A stretch of DNA of 56,938 nucleotides. Source: a virus (taxonomy: Duplodnaviria; Caudoviricetes). Below the pieces are notes generated by a model, which saw nothing but the letters and a program-made list of their open reading frames with translations, was not told the origin of the DNA and did no database searches. Numbering within the stretch: the stretch's first letter is position 1; every line of letters begins with the position of its first letter. Both the position numbers and the translations under genes were made by a program. Shown here piece by piece: positions 42,272 through 50,907 of the stretch. Location: positions 1-56,938 of IMG/VR virus record IMGVR_UViG_3300022602_000115; one strand, 5' to 3'.

Positions 42272-42877
42272 TTATTTTTTAAATTTTATTTTTGTTGAAA
42301 AAATTAAAATCAATCTATTTTCGAAAACAACATTTTCTCTATGAAATTTGTGACTATTAAAAATAAATGCTCTGTTAAATATATTGGATACTTCTATATT
42401 TGTTACAAATTGACTGTTATGTTCAATTCTTTTGTCATCAGCATTATCTATCTCACCTTTGTATAGAGTATTTCTTGCTGGTATTGTTTTAAGTATATGT
42501 TCCTGTTTTTTCCAATCATCTGGATTAATTGGATCACACATAATTGTACCAGAGTTCAATGGAGCATCTGGAGTTAGATAAACAATACCTGACATATCAG
42601 CATATCTTCCATCTTCATGAGCCCAACCTTCTTTGTATATACCCTGACCAAGCTGAAATTTCATATCCATATCATATTCTATGTTTGAATAATCACCAAA
42701 CATAACAGACATAATTTTATGGGTCAAACTTTTATACAGTTCAGGATTAAGATCCTTTAGATGGAATGTTCTTTTGCCAGGATAAATTCCTTTACTTGGA
42801 TAATCAAGCGACATCGCATAGTCTCTCAAAGAATATGGATCTTCAAAAAAATTATCGATGACAGTGGCTTTTATCAT
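42272..42877 (-). CDS. 2OG-Fe(II) oxygenase-like protein (DUF6445-like)
   Basis: VIDNFFEDP, YPGKRT, WAHED, GIVYLTPDAP..SGT, FNR, FH, RL. Confidence 0.75.
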   Translation of the reverse strand: MIKATVIDNFFEDPYSLRDYAMSLDYPSKGIYPGKRTFHLKDLNPELYKSLTHKIMSVMFGDYSNIEYDMDMKFQLGQGIYKEGWAHEDGRYADMSGIVYLTPDAPLNSGTIMCDPINPDDWKKQEHILKTIPARNTLYKGEIDNADDKRIEHNSQFVTNIEVSNIFNRAFIFNSHKFHRENVVFENRLILIFSTKIKFKK

Positions 42878-44676
42878 TATCCCTCACAAGCCAAACAAGT
42901 ATCTGCATCACCAGTAAGAGCATGCAGGTCAATCTCTTTAATTACTTCACGTTCAATTCGTTTAGAAACTTTATCAGCCTTTGCAATTTTATCTGAACGA
43001 CAGTAGTACATAGTTTTCAAACCTTGCTTCCATGCTTGGAAATGTACAGCATGAATATATTTGATGTTACTGTCAGGTCTAAAAAATACATTTAGTGATT
43101 GAGCTTGGTCTATATATACTTGCCTGTCTGCGGCATGTTGAACGACCCAGCGCTGGTCAATTTCCATAGACGTTTTGAAAACATCTTTTGTCCAGTCTTC
43201 CATCCAGTCAAGGTGCTGAACTGAACCATCATTCGCAATGATACTACTCCAAGTTTCTTCATACCAACCATCCTTATGATTCTCAGCCTCTTTCTTTATA
43301 ATAATGTCAAGATAGCGATTTTTATTTAAGTGAGAACCTGATAAAGTATCCTGGCGATAAGCATTGGCACGATAAGGTTCAATGCTAGGACTAGTATTGC
43401 CCATGAGAATGGAAGAAGAAGCATTGGGAGCAATAGCCATAAGATGACTAAACCTATTCCCAGTACCCAACGCATCAGGTGCTTCACCTCTCTCCAATCC
43501 CAATTCTTTATTAGCTGCATCTAGAGATTCCCTGATATGTTTAAAGATATTCTTGTTGCGACCAATTGCCATTGGTGATTCCCAAGCAAGATTATTTTTC
43601 TGTAGATATGCGTGCCAACCTAATGCGCCAATACCAATAGACCTTTCTTGTTTGGCAGAGTAGATTGCACGCTTGATAGTTTTCGGTGCGTTCTGAATAA
43701 AATATTCAAGAACATTGTCAAGCATCTCAGCAACATCTCGAAGAAATAATTTATCGTTTTTCCAATCATCATAATATTCTAGATTCAAAGAAGATAAACA
43801 ACAGACAGCAGTTCGCTTCTCGTTTGTTGGTAGGATAATCTCTGAACAAAGATTTGATTGATGCACTTTCAAACCTTTATCTTTAAGCCATTGTGGTAGC
43901 TTACGATTAGATTCATCAATAAAGTGAATATATGGTTCGCCAGTCATCATACGCATTTCAAGAATGCGTTGCCATAATTCCTTTGCTGATACAACTTCAC
44001 GAACTTCTTTAGATGCTGGGTCAATTAATTGCCATGAATCATCAGCATCATTGTCGATCATACACTTCTCAACAAGTTCCATAAATGCATCAGGAATATT
44101 AATACCATGATGCATGTTTAGAGTACGCATGTTCTGGTCGCCAGTTGGCTTACGCATCTCTAAAAAATTAATGATATCAGGATGACTAATATCGAGATAG
44201 GCAGCATAACTACCACGACGAGTACGACCTTGACGATACGCCAAAGAAGAAGCATCATACATTTTAAGATGTGGCATAACCCCAGTAGACTTGTCATCAG
44301 CAGAGCGAATACCAAACCCAATACCAACGCCACCCCCAAGCATAGAGAGCCAATTCGTTTCTGAAAGATTGTCAACTAATCCCTCCGCAGTATCTTCAAT
44401 ATAATTAAGGAAACATGATATAGGCATACCACGCTTACTACGACCAAAAGAAAGAATGGGAGTAGAGTAAGAGAGCCAATGCTTACTTGAATATTCATAA
44501 AGTCGTTGCGCATGTTCTTCGTTACTCCCAAATGTTTTAGAAACAAAAGCAAACCTCTCTTGTGGGCTTACTTCTTCATCCTTCATGTAACTTTCTTTTA
44601 ATCTTAACTTACCTAATTCATCAAACAAACTATCACGAGAATAGTCTACCTTTATGCCATGCACAATATCTGTCAT
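42877..44676 (-). CDS. nrdA: Ribonucleotide reductase class Ia alpha subunit (no ATP cone)
   Basis: ISCF, SNLCSE, AVCCLSS, APNASSS, KTMYY, C-terminal CLAC. Confidence 0.96.
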   Translation of the reverse strand: MTDIVHGIKVDYSRDSLFDELGKLRLKESYMKDEEVSPQERFAFVSKTFGSNEEHAQRLYEYSSKHWLSYSTPILSFGRSKRGMPISCFLNYIEDTAEGLVDNLSETNWLSMLGGGVGIGFGIRSADDKSTGVMPHLKMYDASSLAYRQGRTRRGSYAAYLDISHPDIINFLEMRKPTGDQNMRTLNMHHGINIPDAFMELVEKCMIDNDADDSWQLIDPASKEVREVVSAKELWQRILEMRMMTGEPYIHFIDESNRKLPQWLKDKGLKVHQSNLCSEIILPTNEKRTAVCCLSSLNLEYYDDWKNDKLFLRDVAEMLDNVLEYFIQNAPKTIKRAIYSAKQERSIGIGALGWHAYLQKNNLAWESPMAIGRNKNIFKHIRESLDAANKELGLERGEAPDALGTGNRFSHLMAIAPNASSSILMGNTSPSIEPYRANAYRQDTLSGSHLNKNRYLDIIIKKEAENHKDGWYEETWSSIIANDGSVQHLDWMEDWTKDVFKTSMEIDQRWVVQHAADRQVYIDQAQSLNVFFRPDSNIKYIHAVHFQAWKQGLKTMYYCRSDKIAKADKVSKRIEREVIKEIDLHALTGDADTCLACEG

Positions 44677-44692
44677 ACTTGCCCCAATTTTA

Positions 44693-45361
44693 TTATTGTT
44701 TTGTTAATTCTTTTGCTAAAGGAAATACCTTAGCAATTACTTTTGCACATTCACGTGCTACTTCTTGGTGTTCTTTTTGTGTGCCATTTGCGCTACGCAA
44801 TTCAATGAAATGAATCCAACTACGTAGAGTGCCGTTCATATAAAGACGAGAAACAGTTAGTCCTTCTGGAAGTACTGCTCTTGCCTGTTCTTTGGCAATT
44901 CCATTTAGGATTGCCCACTCATATGCATCTTTGGCTTCTTGTATCACACGCTTCTGTCTTTCTTCCCAAAATGCAGCCAATGCTAAATTTGTATTTTCAA
45001 TACTATTTTGACGATTCTTCGTATCTTGGAGTCGGGCTTCCCTAAGAACGAAAGATAAGTCTTTGGTTGGGTCAGCATATCGCTGGCTGAATTCTTGGAA
45101 CGAGAAAGAACGGTGACGCAAGATTTGTCTTGCAATATCACGAGTAGTTTCAATTTCTAAACAAGCACTTACCATTTCTAATGGCGACCAGTGTTGATTC
45201 TTGATTAGATACTTAATTAACTTCTCTGATGTGTCAGTGTTGAATTGATTGCTTGGATTACTAACACGTGCACAGAACGCAATCAACTCCTGTACATCAG
45301 TCAAACCATCATTCTCAAATTCATCGGTGGCTTGACTGTAACTTACCATTTTTACTTTCAT
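44693..45361 (-). CDS. thyX: Flavin-dependent thymidylate synthase
   Basis: HWSPLE, RHRSFSFQEFSQRY, EQARAVLP. Confidence 0.96.
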   Translation of the reverse strand: MKVKMVSYSQATDEFENDGLTDVQELIAFCARVSNPSNQFNTDTSEKLIKYLIKNQHWSPLEMVSACLEIETTRDIARQILRHRSFSFQEFSQRYADPTKDLSFVLREARLQDTKNRQNSIENTNLALAAFWEERQKRVIQEAKDAYEWAILNGIAKEQARAVLPEGLTVSRLYMNGTLRSWIHFIELRSANGTQKEHQEVARECAKVIAKVFPLAKELTKQ

Positions 45362-46386
45362 ATTTTCTTCCATGTACTATATCTCAATTTTGCTTCTATA
45401 CCTTTGAAGGTATTTTTATTTATGACCTCAACGATTTCATCAGGCGATAAACCAGCCAAAACCATCTCATTTATGTCCTTTTGTTCAATATGTTCAGGAA
45501 ACATACAAACACTATATCCTGCATTGATGTTTTTATTAAGTAATTTAGTTATATCCTTACTTCGAGGTTCGTTATCCATTACAAGAGTCGCATTAGTAAG
45601 CAACTGCTTAATAGTAGGGGTATCAAAACTTGCTCCTGACACAGCGATTGAGTTTGGAATAAACAGAGAGTCAATCGGTCCTTCAACCACATAGATTCGT
45701 TTTGAATAGTCAACTCTATCAAGTCCATAAATCTTCTCCTGTGTTTCATCAATTTTGATTGCATAATACTTAGGTTCTTCCTTACCGTATGCCCTCGCTG
45801 AATAAGCGAAACATTTACCAGCTGGTGTAAAATAAGGAATAATCATTCTAGGATGTTCATCTTGAATTGGTTCTCTAAATTTAGGTGTCACTGAATTTGT
45901 GAACGCTTTAAATTTAGGGGAAAAATAAAGTAGACTCCATTTATCTCTTGGAATTTTTCTATCAATAAGATACTTAACTGCTGGGTGTGTTAATGGTAGT
46001 TTATCTAAGCGAGATAAACTTGAGAGGATATTATCCTCAAGTAATTCTTCTTTGGGAGTTTCTAACACGACAGATGTTTGTTTAACATCTTTATGTGACT
46101 TGTGTTTATTTGCGCCAGATTTATAACGCTCTAAAACATATTCATCATATAAGTTTGAATCAACGTACTTGATTAGATTACCAAGACTTGCACCATGACC
46201 ACAATTGTGACACTTTGAAACAATATCTTGTCCTCTGACAAAAAGATATCCACGTGCCTTTAATTTGTTCTTTGATGAATCACCGCATACTGGACAACTG
46301 TAGTTCCAGAGATCGGCTTTCTTTTGTTTGAAGTTCCTTAGACGAGTACCAAGGATATTAGTGTATTTGGTATCAATATAGAGCAT
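45358..46386 (-). CDS. gp61: DNA primase, T4 gp61-like
   Basis: CPVCGDS/CHNC zinc finger, EGPIDSLF, DNEPR, KDINE; leaderless behind TTGCTT-N17-TATAAT. Confidence 0.95.
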   Translation of the reverse strand: MLYIDTKYTNILGTRLRNFKQKKADLWNYSCPVCGDSSKNKLKARGYLFVRGQDIVSKCHNCGHGASLGNLIKYVDSNLYDEYVLERYKSGANKHKSHKDVKQTSVVLETPKEELLEDNILSSLSRLDKLPLTHPAVKYLIDRKIPRDKWSLLYFSPKFKAFTNSVTPKFREPIQDEHPRMIIPYFTPAGKCFAYSARAYGKEEPKYYAIKIDETQEKIYGLDRVDYSKRIYVVEGPIDSLFIPNSIAVSGASFDTPTIKQLLTNATLVMDNEPRSKDITKLLNKNINAGYSVCMFPEHIEQKDINEMVLAGLSPDEIVEVINKNTFKGIEAKLRYSTWKKI

Positions 46387-46428
46387 AAGGTATATTATAC
46401 CTTAAATACTCTTGCAAAGCAAAATTAA

Positions 46429-47124
46429 TTAAGGGATTGCATACCACTTAGAAGTAGCTGCATGATATACATATTTAAACTGATATCCACTGCTATAAGG
46501 ACCAGATAATGCTGGAACTAATGTTGCTCCAGATGCAACGCTAAACACTGTGGTATAACCACTATTTGTCCATGAGCAAATTTGCCCATCAACTGGATTT
46601 GGTGGCATTGTCCAAGTAATGTTTGTTGAACTGTTTGGGATTAATAATACATTTGTAGAAACTGTTGTGCTTGCAGAATAAGTACCAGTCCCACTAACAG
46701 TAATAAAGTTTGGTTGAATTGTTTCGTAGCCAGTAAAAGTAAAGTTACCTTGGACTGATAAGTTTGGAGCAACTAATTGATTTGCTCCAGAAATTTGTAG
46801 AACACCATTAGTAATAGTAATTTCTACGTTTAAACCAGCATTATTTGTATCTTGGATATAAAGAGATCCTGGACCAATATAAACTGCAGCCCAACGTTGT
46901 GTTGGAGAACCAAGTGTATATGTGTTATCAACAGATGGAATTATGTTTGCATCTTTAATTACGTTGGCTTCATCAATGGTTAGTGGTTGACCACCTGGAG
47001 TCGTTCCATCTGATAATCTCAAAAACCCAATTGCTGGATCATAAAATATTTCTCCAGCATTACCGATGTATGTAGATGCGACACGGGGCATCTTATCGGC
47101 AAATAATTTGTAGGTTTTTGACAT
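46429..47124 (-). CDS. Putative virion/fibre-associated protein
   Basis: GEIFYD..LRLSDG.TPGG and IIPSVDNTYTLGS..RW modules common in tail proteins. Confidence 0.6.
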   Translation of the reverse strand: MSKTYKLFADKMPRVASTYIGNAGEIFYDPAIGFLRLSDGTTPGGQPLTIDEANVIKDANIIPSVDNTYTLGSPTQRWAAVYIGPGSLYIQDTNNAGLNVEITITNGVLQISGANQLVAPNLSVQGNFTFTGYETIQPNFITVSGTGTYSASTTVSTNVLLIPNSSTNITWTMPPNPVDGQICSWTNSGYTTVFSVASGATLVPALSGPYSSGYQFKYVYHAATSKWYAIP

Positions 47125-47132
47125 TTGAATCC

Positions 47133-47456
47133 TTATTTAAAAATCTTGTCTATGATATTGATATGGGAAATTAGATATCCAACTGCAATTGCACCACCAA
47201 CAATCATCCACTTCCAACGCTCAAGAAGATCAACTCTTGTTTTCATTTCATCGATTTTCTTTGCCATGCTTGTGTGTTGGTCAGCATCATTTTTTGCAAG
47301 CTCATCGATCTTTGTATCGATGTGATCAGTGATCTCTCGTGTTGTTGTAGTAATACGAGAATGAAGTTCTTTGATGTCTTGTTTCACAGCAGCGACATCT
47401 TCTTTTATGCCTTCTACTTGTGCTTCCAATTTAGCTATTCTTTCTGGTAGTTCCAT
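47133..47456 (-). CDS. Coiled-coil protein with C-terminal TM helix (holin/XhlA-like candidate)
   Basis: Heptad pattern, LERWKWMIVGG TM; follows the spanins. Confidence 0.55.
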   Translation of the reverse strand: MELPERIAKLEAQVEGIKEDVAAVKQDIKELHSRITTTTREITDHIDTKIDELAKNDADQHTSMAKKIDEMKTRVDLLERWKWMIVGGAIAVGYLISHINIIDKIFK

Positions 47457-47457
47457 G

Positions 47458-47718
47458 TTACTTTACACTCTTGAATATAGAATTTTGTTTGTTATACCAG
47501 TCAATCCATTCTTGGTTCTTCAGCTGGCATTCTTTATATAAACTGTAATTGTAAGTAACAACCGAAACAACATCACTCAGTTTTGTTGTAGGCTCAATCA
47601 GTTTTAAATCTTGACATGCAGATTTTAATTCTTCTGGCGCATCAGGAAAAGACTGTTTAACAGGAACAACTGTTGAACAACCAGTTAACATTAATAAAAT
47701 TACTAATATCTTTTTCAT
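47458..47718 (-). CDS. Outer-membrane spanin (Rz1-like lipoprotein)
   Basis: LLMLTGC lipobox, Pro-rich linker, C...NY..Y.EC. Confidence 0.8.
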   Translation of the reverse strand: MKKILVILLMLTGCSTVVPVKQSFPDAPEELKSACQDLKLIEPTTKLSDVVSVVTYNYSLYKECQLKNQEWIDWYNKQNSIFKSVK

Positions 47719-48137
47719 TTATCGCTCGCAGCATTATTTAGTATAGTTATAACTTCAGGATCAACAACGCATTGTTTGTCAATCTTAGCAGCATCTTGTA
47801 TTATTTGTTTCTGAATAATTATTTGTTTATCGTGTATAATTTGTGTTTTCTGAGCAATTAAACCAGCTATTTGTTTATTCGCATCATCGGATTTAACTTT
47901 CGCTGCATCAATTTCTTTTTGTAGTTCTTCAGTTCTGCTGCGCCATGACATTTCAGTAGAGTAGCTTCCATAAAAATATATACCAGCAACAGTTAGTAAA
48001 GTACCAACTACTCTGATAATATTTCTATATGGCAACAGTGGTATGAAACTTACAATGTATGCACTGATGCCAGAAATTAATACAGCATATACTGCATAGT
48101 GTAACCAAGCATCAGGAACGAATGACAAAATCCACAT
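47715..48137 (-). CDS. Inner-membrane spanin (Rz-like)
   Basis: N-terminal TMs, coiled coil, C-terminal Cys; overlaps the o-spanin. Confidence 0.75.
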   Translation of the reverse strand: MWILSFVPDAWLHYAVYAVLISGISAYIVSFIPLLPYRNIIRVVGTLLTVAGIYFYGSYSTEMSWRSRTEELQKEIDAAKVKSDDANKQIAGLIAQKTQIIHDKQIIIQKQIIQDAAKIDKQCVVDPEVITILNNAASDK

Positions 48138-48138
48138 T

Positions 48139-48720
48139 TTAAGTTATCTCTTGAACACCTAATGGTTTACGGCGACCTAATCCAAAAATTATTTTTGATT
48201 TACCGCTCTGATATTTTTTAATATCTTTCTTCTTAATCTTTGGCTCTTGAGTGGCAACCATACCAGATGTATTATTTGTTGGGGGTCCACCTGGATTAGT
48301 CATGTTACCACCAGATAATCCGCCACCATCGCCATCTTCTTTTAAAAATCTACCAACTAAAATTTCTTCTTCAACTAAATGGACATTACTTTCCATTAGA
48401 TGTTTAAACTGTTCTTCTAGATAAATCGTAGATCTTTTACCAACTCTAAGATTTTCTTGAATCAACCAAAGGGCAGCAGCAATACTTTTTAATCTGCTTT
48501 CTCCACCAAATTTATTGATTAATTTTTTAAGATTAAACACAAGACGAGTTAGATAATCGTACGCATCTCTTTGTTCTTGTGTTTTAAATTGGCTACTCTT
48601 AATGAGGTTTTTACCTTTGGCATCAATTATTCCTAATTTGAATGCAGCAGTGTCTGTGAAGTTAGTCACAAGCATGTGTAAAACTCTTAGTGCTATTGCA
48701 TTGTCGATTAATTGACTCAT
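48139..48720 (-). CDS. Conserved T4-like hypothetical protein
   Basis: AFKLGIIDAKG, RLVFNLKKLI, AAALWLI. Confidence 0.75.
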   Translation of the reverse strand: MSQLIDNAIALRVLHMLVTNFTDTAAFKLGIIDAKGKNLIKSSQFKTQEQRDAYDYLTRLVFNLKKLINKFGGESRLKSIAAALWLIQENLRVGKRSTIYLEEQFKHLMESNVHLVEEEILVGRFLKEDGDGGGLSGGNMTNPGGPPTNNTSGMVATQEPKIKKKDIKKYQSGKSKIIFGLGRRKPLGVQEIT

Positions 48721-49097
48721 TAGATTTCCCTTAGCTTCGCTATAACTGTTTCATCTAAAATAAACTCAGAAAGATTTATTTTATAATCAGGAACTGTCTC
48801 TGGCATTTTGTTTAGATACACTAAAAATGTAACTAAAATATCCCAACAGCTTTCATCAATTTTATAAAATAACATCTTTGTTGTGGCATCACCAAACAAA
48901 TTATATAAAACAATAATATGATTTAATATAAGTCTTTCTTTTAATTCACTAGTATTTTTATATCTTGATAATAATTTCTTTAAATACAAAAACTTCTTTA
49001 AATCATCTTCAAATTCTGCCAAACTATAACACTGAGTGTTATCGTAATGATGCATTGCATAAAGTAGAAAGTTCGCTTCATTTAGTTTTTCATTCAC
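48720..49097 (-). CDS. Conserved T4-like hypothetical protein
   Basis: LNEANFLLYAM..YDN, ERLILNHIIVLYNLFG. Confidence 0.8.
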   Translation of the reverse strand: MNEKLNEANFLLYAMHHYDNTQCYSLAEFEDDLKKFLYLKKLLSRYKNTSELKERLILNHIIVLYNLFGDATTKMLFYKIDESCWDILVTFLVYLNKMPETVPDYKINLSEFILDETVIAKLREI

Positions 49098-49119
49098 ACC
49101 ATTATACCTTCAAGGAATG

Positions 49120-49138
49120 ATGGGGAGCACCTCCCCAT
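49120..49138 (-). terminator. GC-rich hairpin after the structural gene (possible terminator)
   Basis: ATGGGGA/TCCCCAT stem; weak U-tract. Confidence 0.4.
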
Positions 49139-49155
49139 GTCTACATAATTATTTA

Positions 49156-50046
49156 TTAAGCAACAGTTAGAGTTGCAGATGCAGATTGTACTGTTGGGTA
49201 GTCAGTAGCGGACAATACGCAATAGTATACGTCGCCGTTATTGGCTAGAACAGTAGTTGCTCCTGTTGTGTATGAAGCGGAAGTTGCGCCAGAAACAGCA
49301 GTGAAGCTACCAGTGCCGTTCGCTTGACGATACCATTGATATCCAATAGTTCCGTTACCAGTAATAGAAGCTGCAACAGTGAATGTAGCAGTTGCTGGGT
49401 GAGTAACAGAAGCATTAACTGGTTGAGTATTAATAGTGATATCACCAGATACTAATGGATCGTTGTTAGTTACATAGTTAGCAAAAGACTCAGTAACTTC
49501 ACCTTGTAGAGCAACAAGTTTCTCTACTTTATGACGAACTGAACTATCACCAGCAGTGAATGTTAGATACTTCCACCAGCCAGCAGATTTAATACCGATA
49601 GCACGGTTTTCTGGTGCTTGAGCTTCTTCTTTAGTTACTAAAAATACTGTTGAACCACCATTTGCGCGACCATATGCGTTTGAAACACCTGGATTGCGTT
49701 GTAGTGAATGAGCAGTACCAGTACCAGCAGCAGTTAAAGAAACTAGACCAGTAGCTGAACCAGTAGCAATAGCATGCGCATATGTATCAAACAATTCTAC
49801 GTTAAAAGAATCTACACGACGTGCGTAATAAGTAGTTCCATCTGTTAGACCACCAACTGCAGTTCCGCCATTTACACTGTAAACAACAGCGTCGCCAGTA
49901 GCGAAGTTGTGTGCTTGACCTTGAAAACTGATAGTAGAGTTAGCTGTACTTACAACAGAAGTTGTATTTGTTGCATCGAAATATGCTTTTCTTGCAATAT
50001 TCTTTGGTGCTGAAGACAATGCGTCTTGATTTCCCCATAGTGCCAT
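49156..50046 (-). CDS. Virion structural protein with C-terminal Ig-like domain
   Basis: MALWG start; ITINTQP...ATFTV...YQWY...YYC...ATLTV Ig pattern. Confidence 0.75.
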   Translation of the reverse strand: MALWGNQDALSSAPKNIARKAYFDATNTTSVVSTANSTISFQGQAHNFATGDAVVYSVNGGTAVGGLTDGTTYYARRVDSFNVELFDTYAHAIATGSATGLVSLTAAGTGTAHSLQRNPGVSNAYGRANGGSTVFLVTKEEAQAPENRAIGIKSAGWWKYLTFTAGDSSVRHKVEKLVALQGEVTESFANYVTNNDPLVSGDITINTQPVNASVTHPATATFTVAASITGNGTIGYQWYRQANGTGSFTAVSGATSASYTTGATTVLANNGDVYYCVLSATDYPTVQSASATLTVA

Positions 50047-50073
50047 TTTTATTCTCCTTGAATTTGGACTTTA

Positions 50074-50907
50074 TTATTTATCGTTTTTTGGCTGGCGACG
50101 TTTGTAAGAGCCAACACTTGAACCTGCTTGACGACCAGATTTTTTAGCTGGTTTTTTCATATCGTCTTTAGATTCGAATTCGCCTTCTGGATCATTGTAT
50201 GATGTTCCATAAGATGCTTTCTTTGTGTGACGATAAACACCGTTCTTGTCTGATTCATATTCTTTTAATACACCGACAAAGTCTTTAAATGATTTCATTT
50301 CTGATTCCTTTAGTTTACCTTCTCTTGCTTCGGCACGCTTCTCAGCATCTTCAAGCCATTTTGGTTTCTTTTTCTTTTCTTCTTCATTAACCTGAAGATC
50401 TGCTTCAATATAATCAGCAACAGTTCCAATGTAGTCAGCTGCCATTGTAATCTTAGCCTCTACCCACTCTGGTAAATCCATCTCTTTGCCAATACATTTC
50501 TCTAGACGATTAACATGATTGATAATAGTTTGAAGATCAATCATAACCATCTCTTTATCTTCACCTTCGTTAAGATTGTGAGCGATTTTAAACTTATGAA
50601 CAGTTCCTTTTTTCTTTGGATCATATGAGTCATGAGTTTGTTTCATATGAACTTCAGTTGCGCTTTTATGCATAACTTTACCAGAAACTTTATCACCAGT
50701 TCCTGGCTCATAATAATCATGTTCTTGACCAACAGACATATGTTTAGCCATGTCTGGGTGCATTTTATGAGCAGCGGCAAACTCGCGATGATTTGCTTCT
50801 TTAATATTCTTTGGTTCTAATTCGCTTTGTTTAGCCATATCTTTGAATTTCTTAAGACGCTTATTATGATCTGCTGCTTGTTCAGCAGTTTCTTCTCTAA
50901 TACTCAT
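50074..50907 (-). CDS. Charged His-rich protein, putative internal head protein
   Basis: Modules separated by IKE/LNE/VNE/LKE; internal MKSFKDF; LPEWVEAKI module. Confidence 0.6.
   Translation of the reverse strand: MSIREETAEQAADHNKRLKKFKDMAKQSELEPKNIKEANHREFAAAHKMHPDMAKHMSVGQEHDYYEPGTGDKVSGKVMHKSATEVHMKQTHDSYDPKKKGTVHKFKIAHNLNEGEDKEMVMIDLQTIINHVNRLEKCIGKEMDLPEWVEAKITMAADYIGTVADYIEADLQVNEEEKKKKPKWLEDAEKRAEAREGKLKESEMKSFKDFVGVLKEYESDKNGVYRHTKKASYGTSYNDPEGEFESKDDMKKPAKKSGRQAGSSVGSYKRRQPKNDK

Noticed and set aside
40759-44676. Introns, inteins or homing endonucleases in nrdA/nrdB
   Set aside because: Both ORFs are continuous and of compact length; the intervening genes have oxygenase, not nuclease, motifs.
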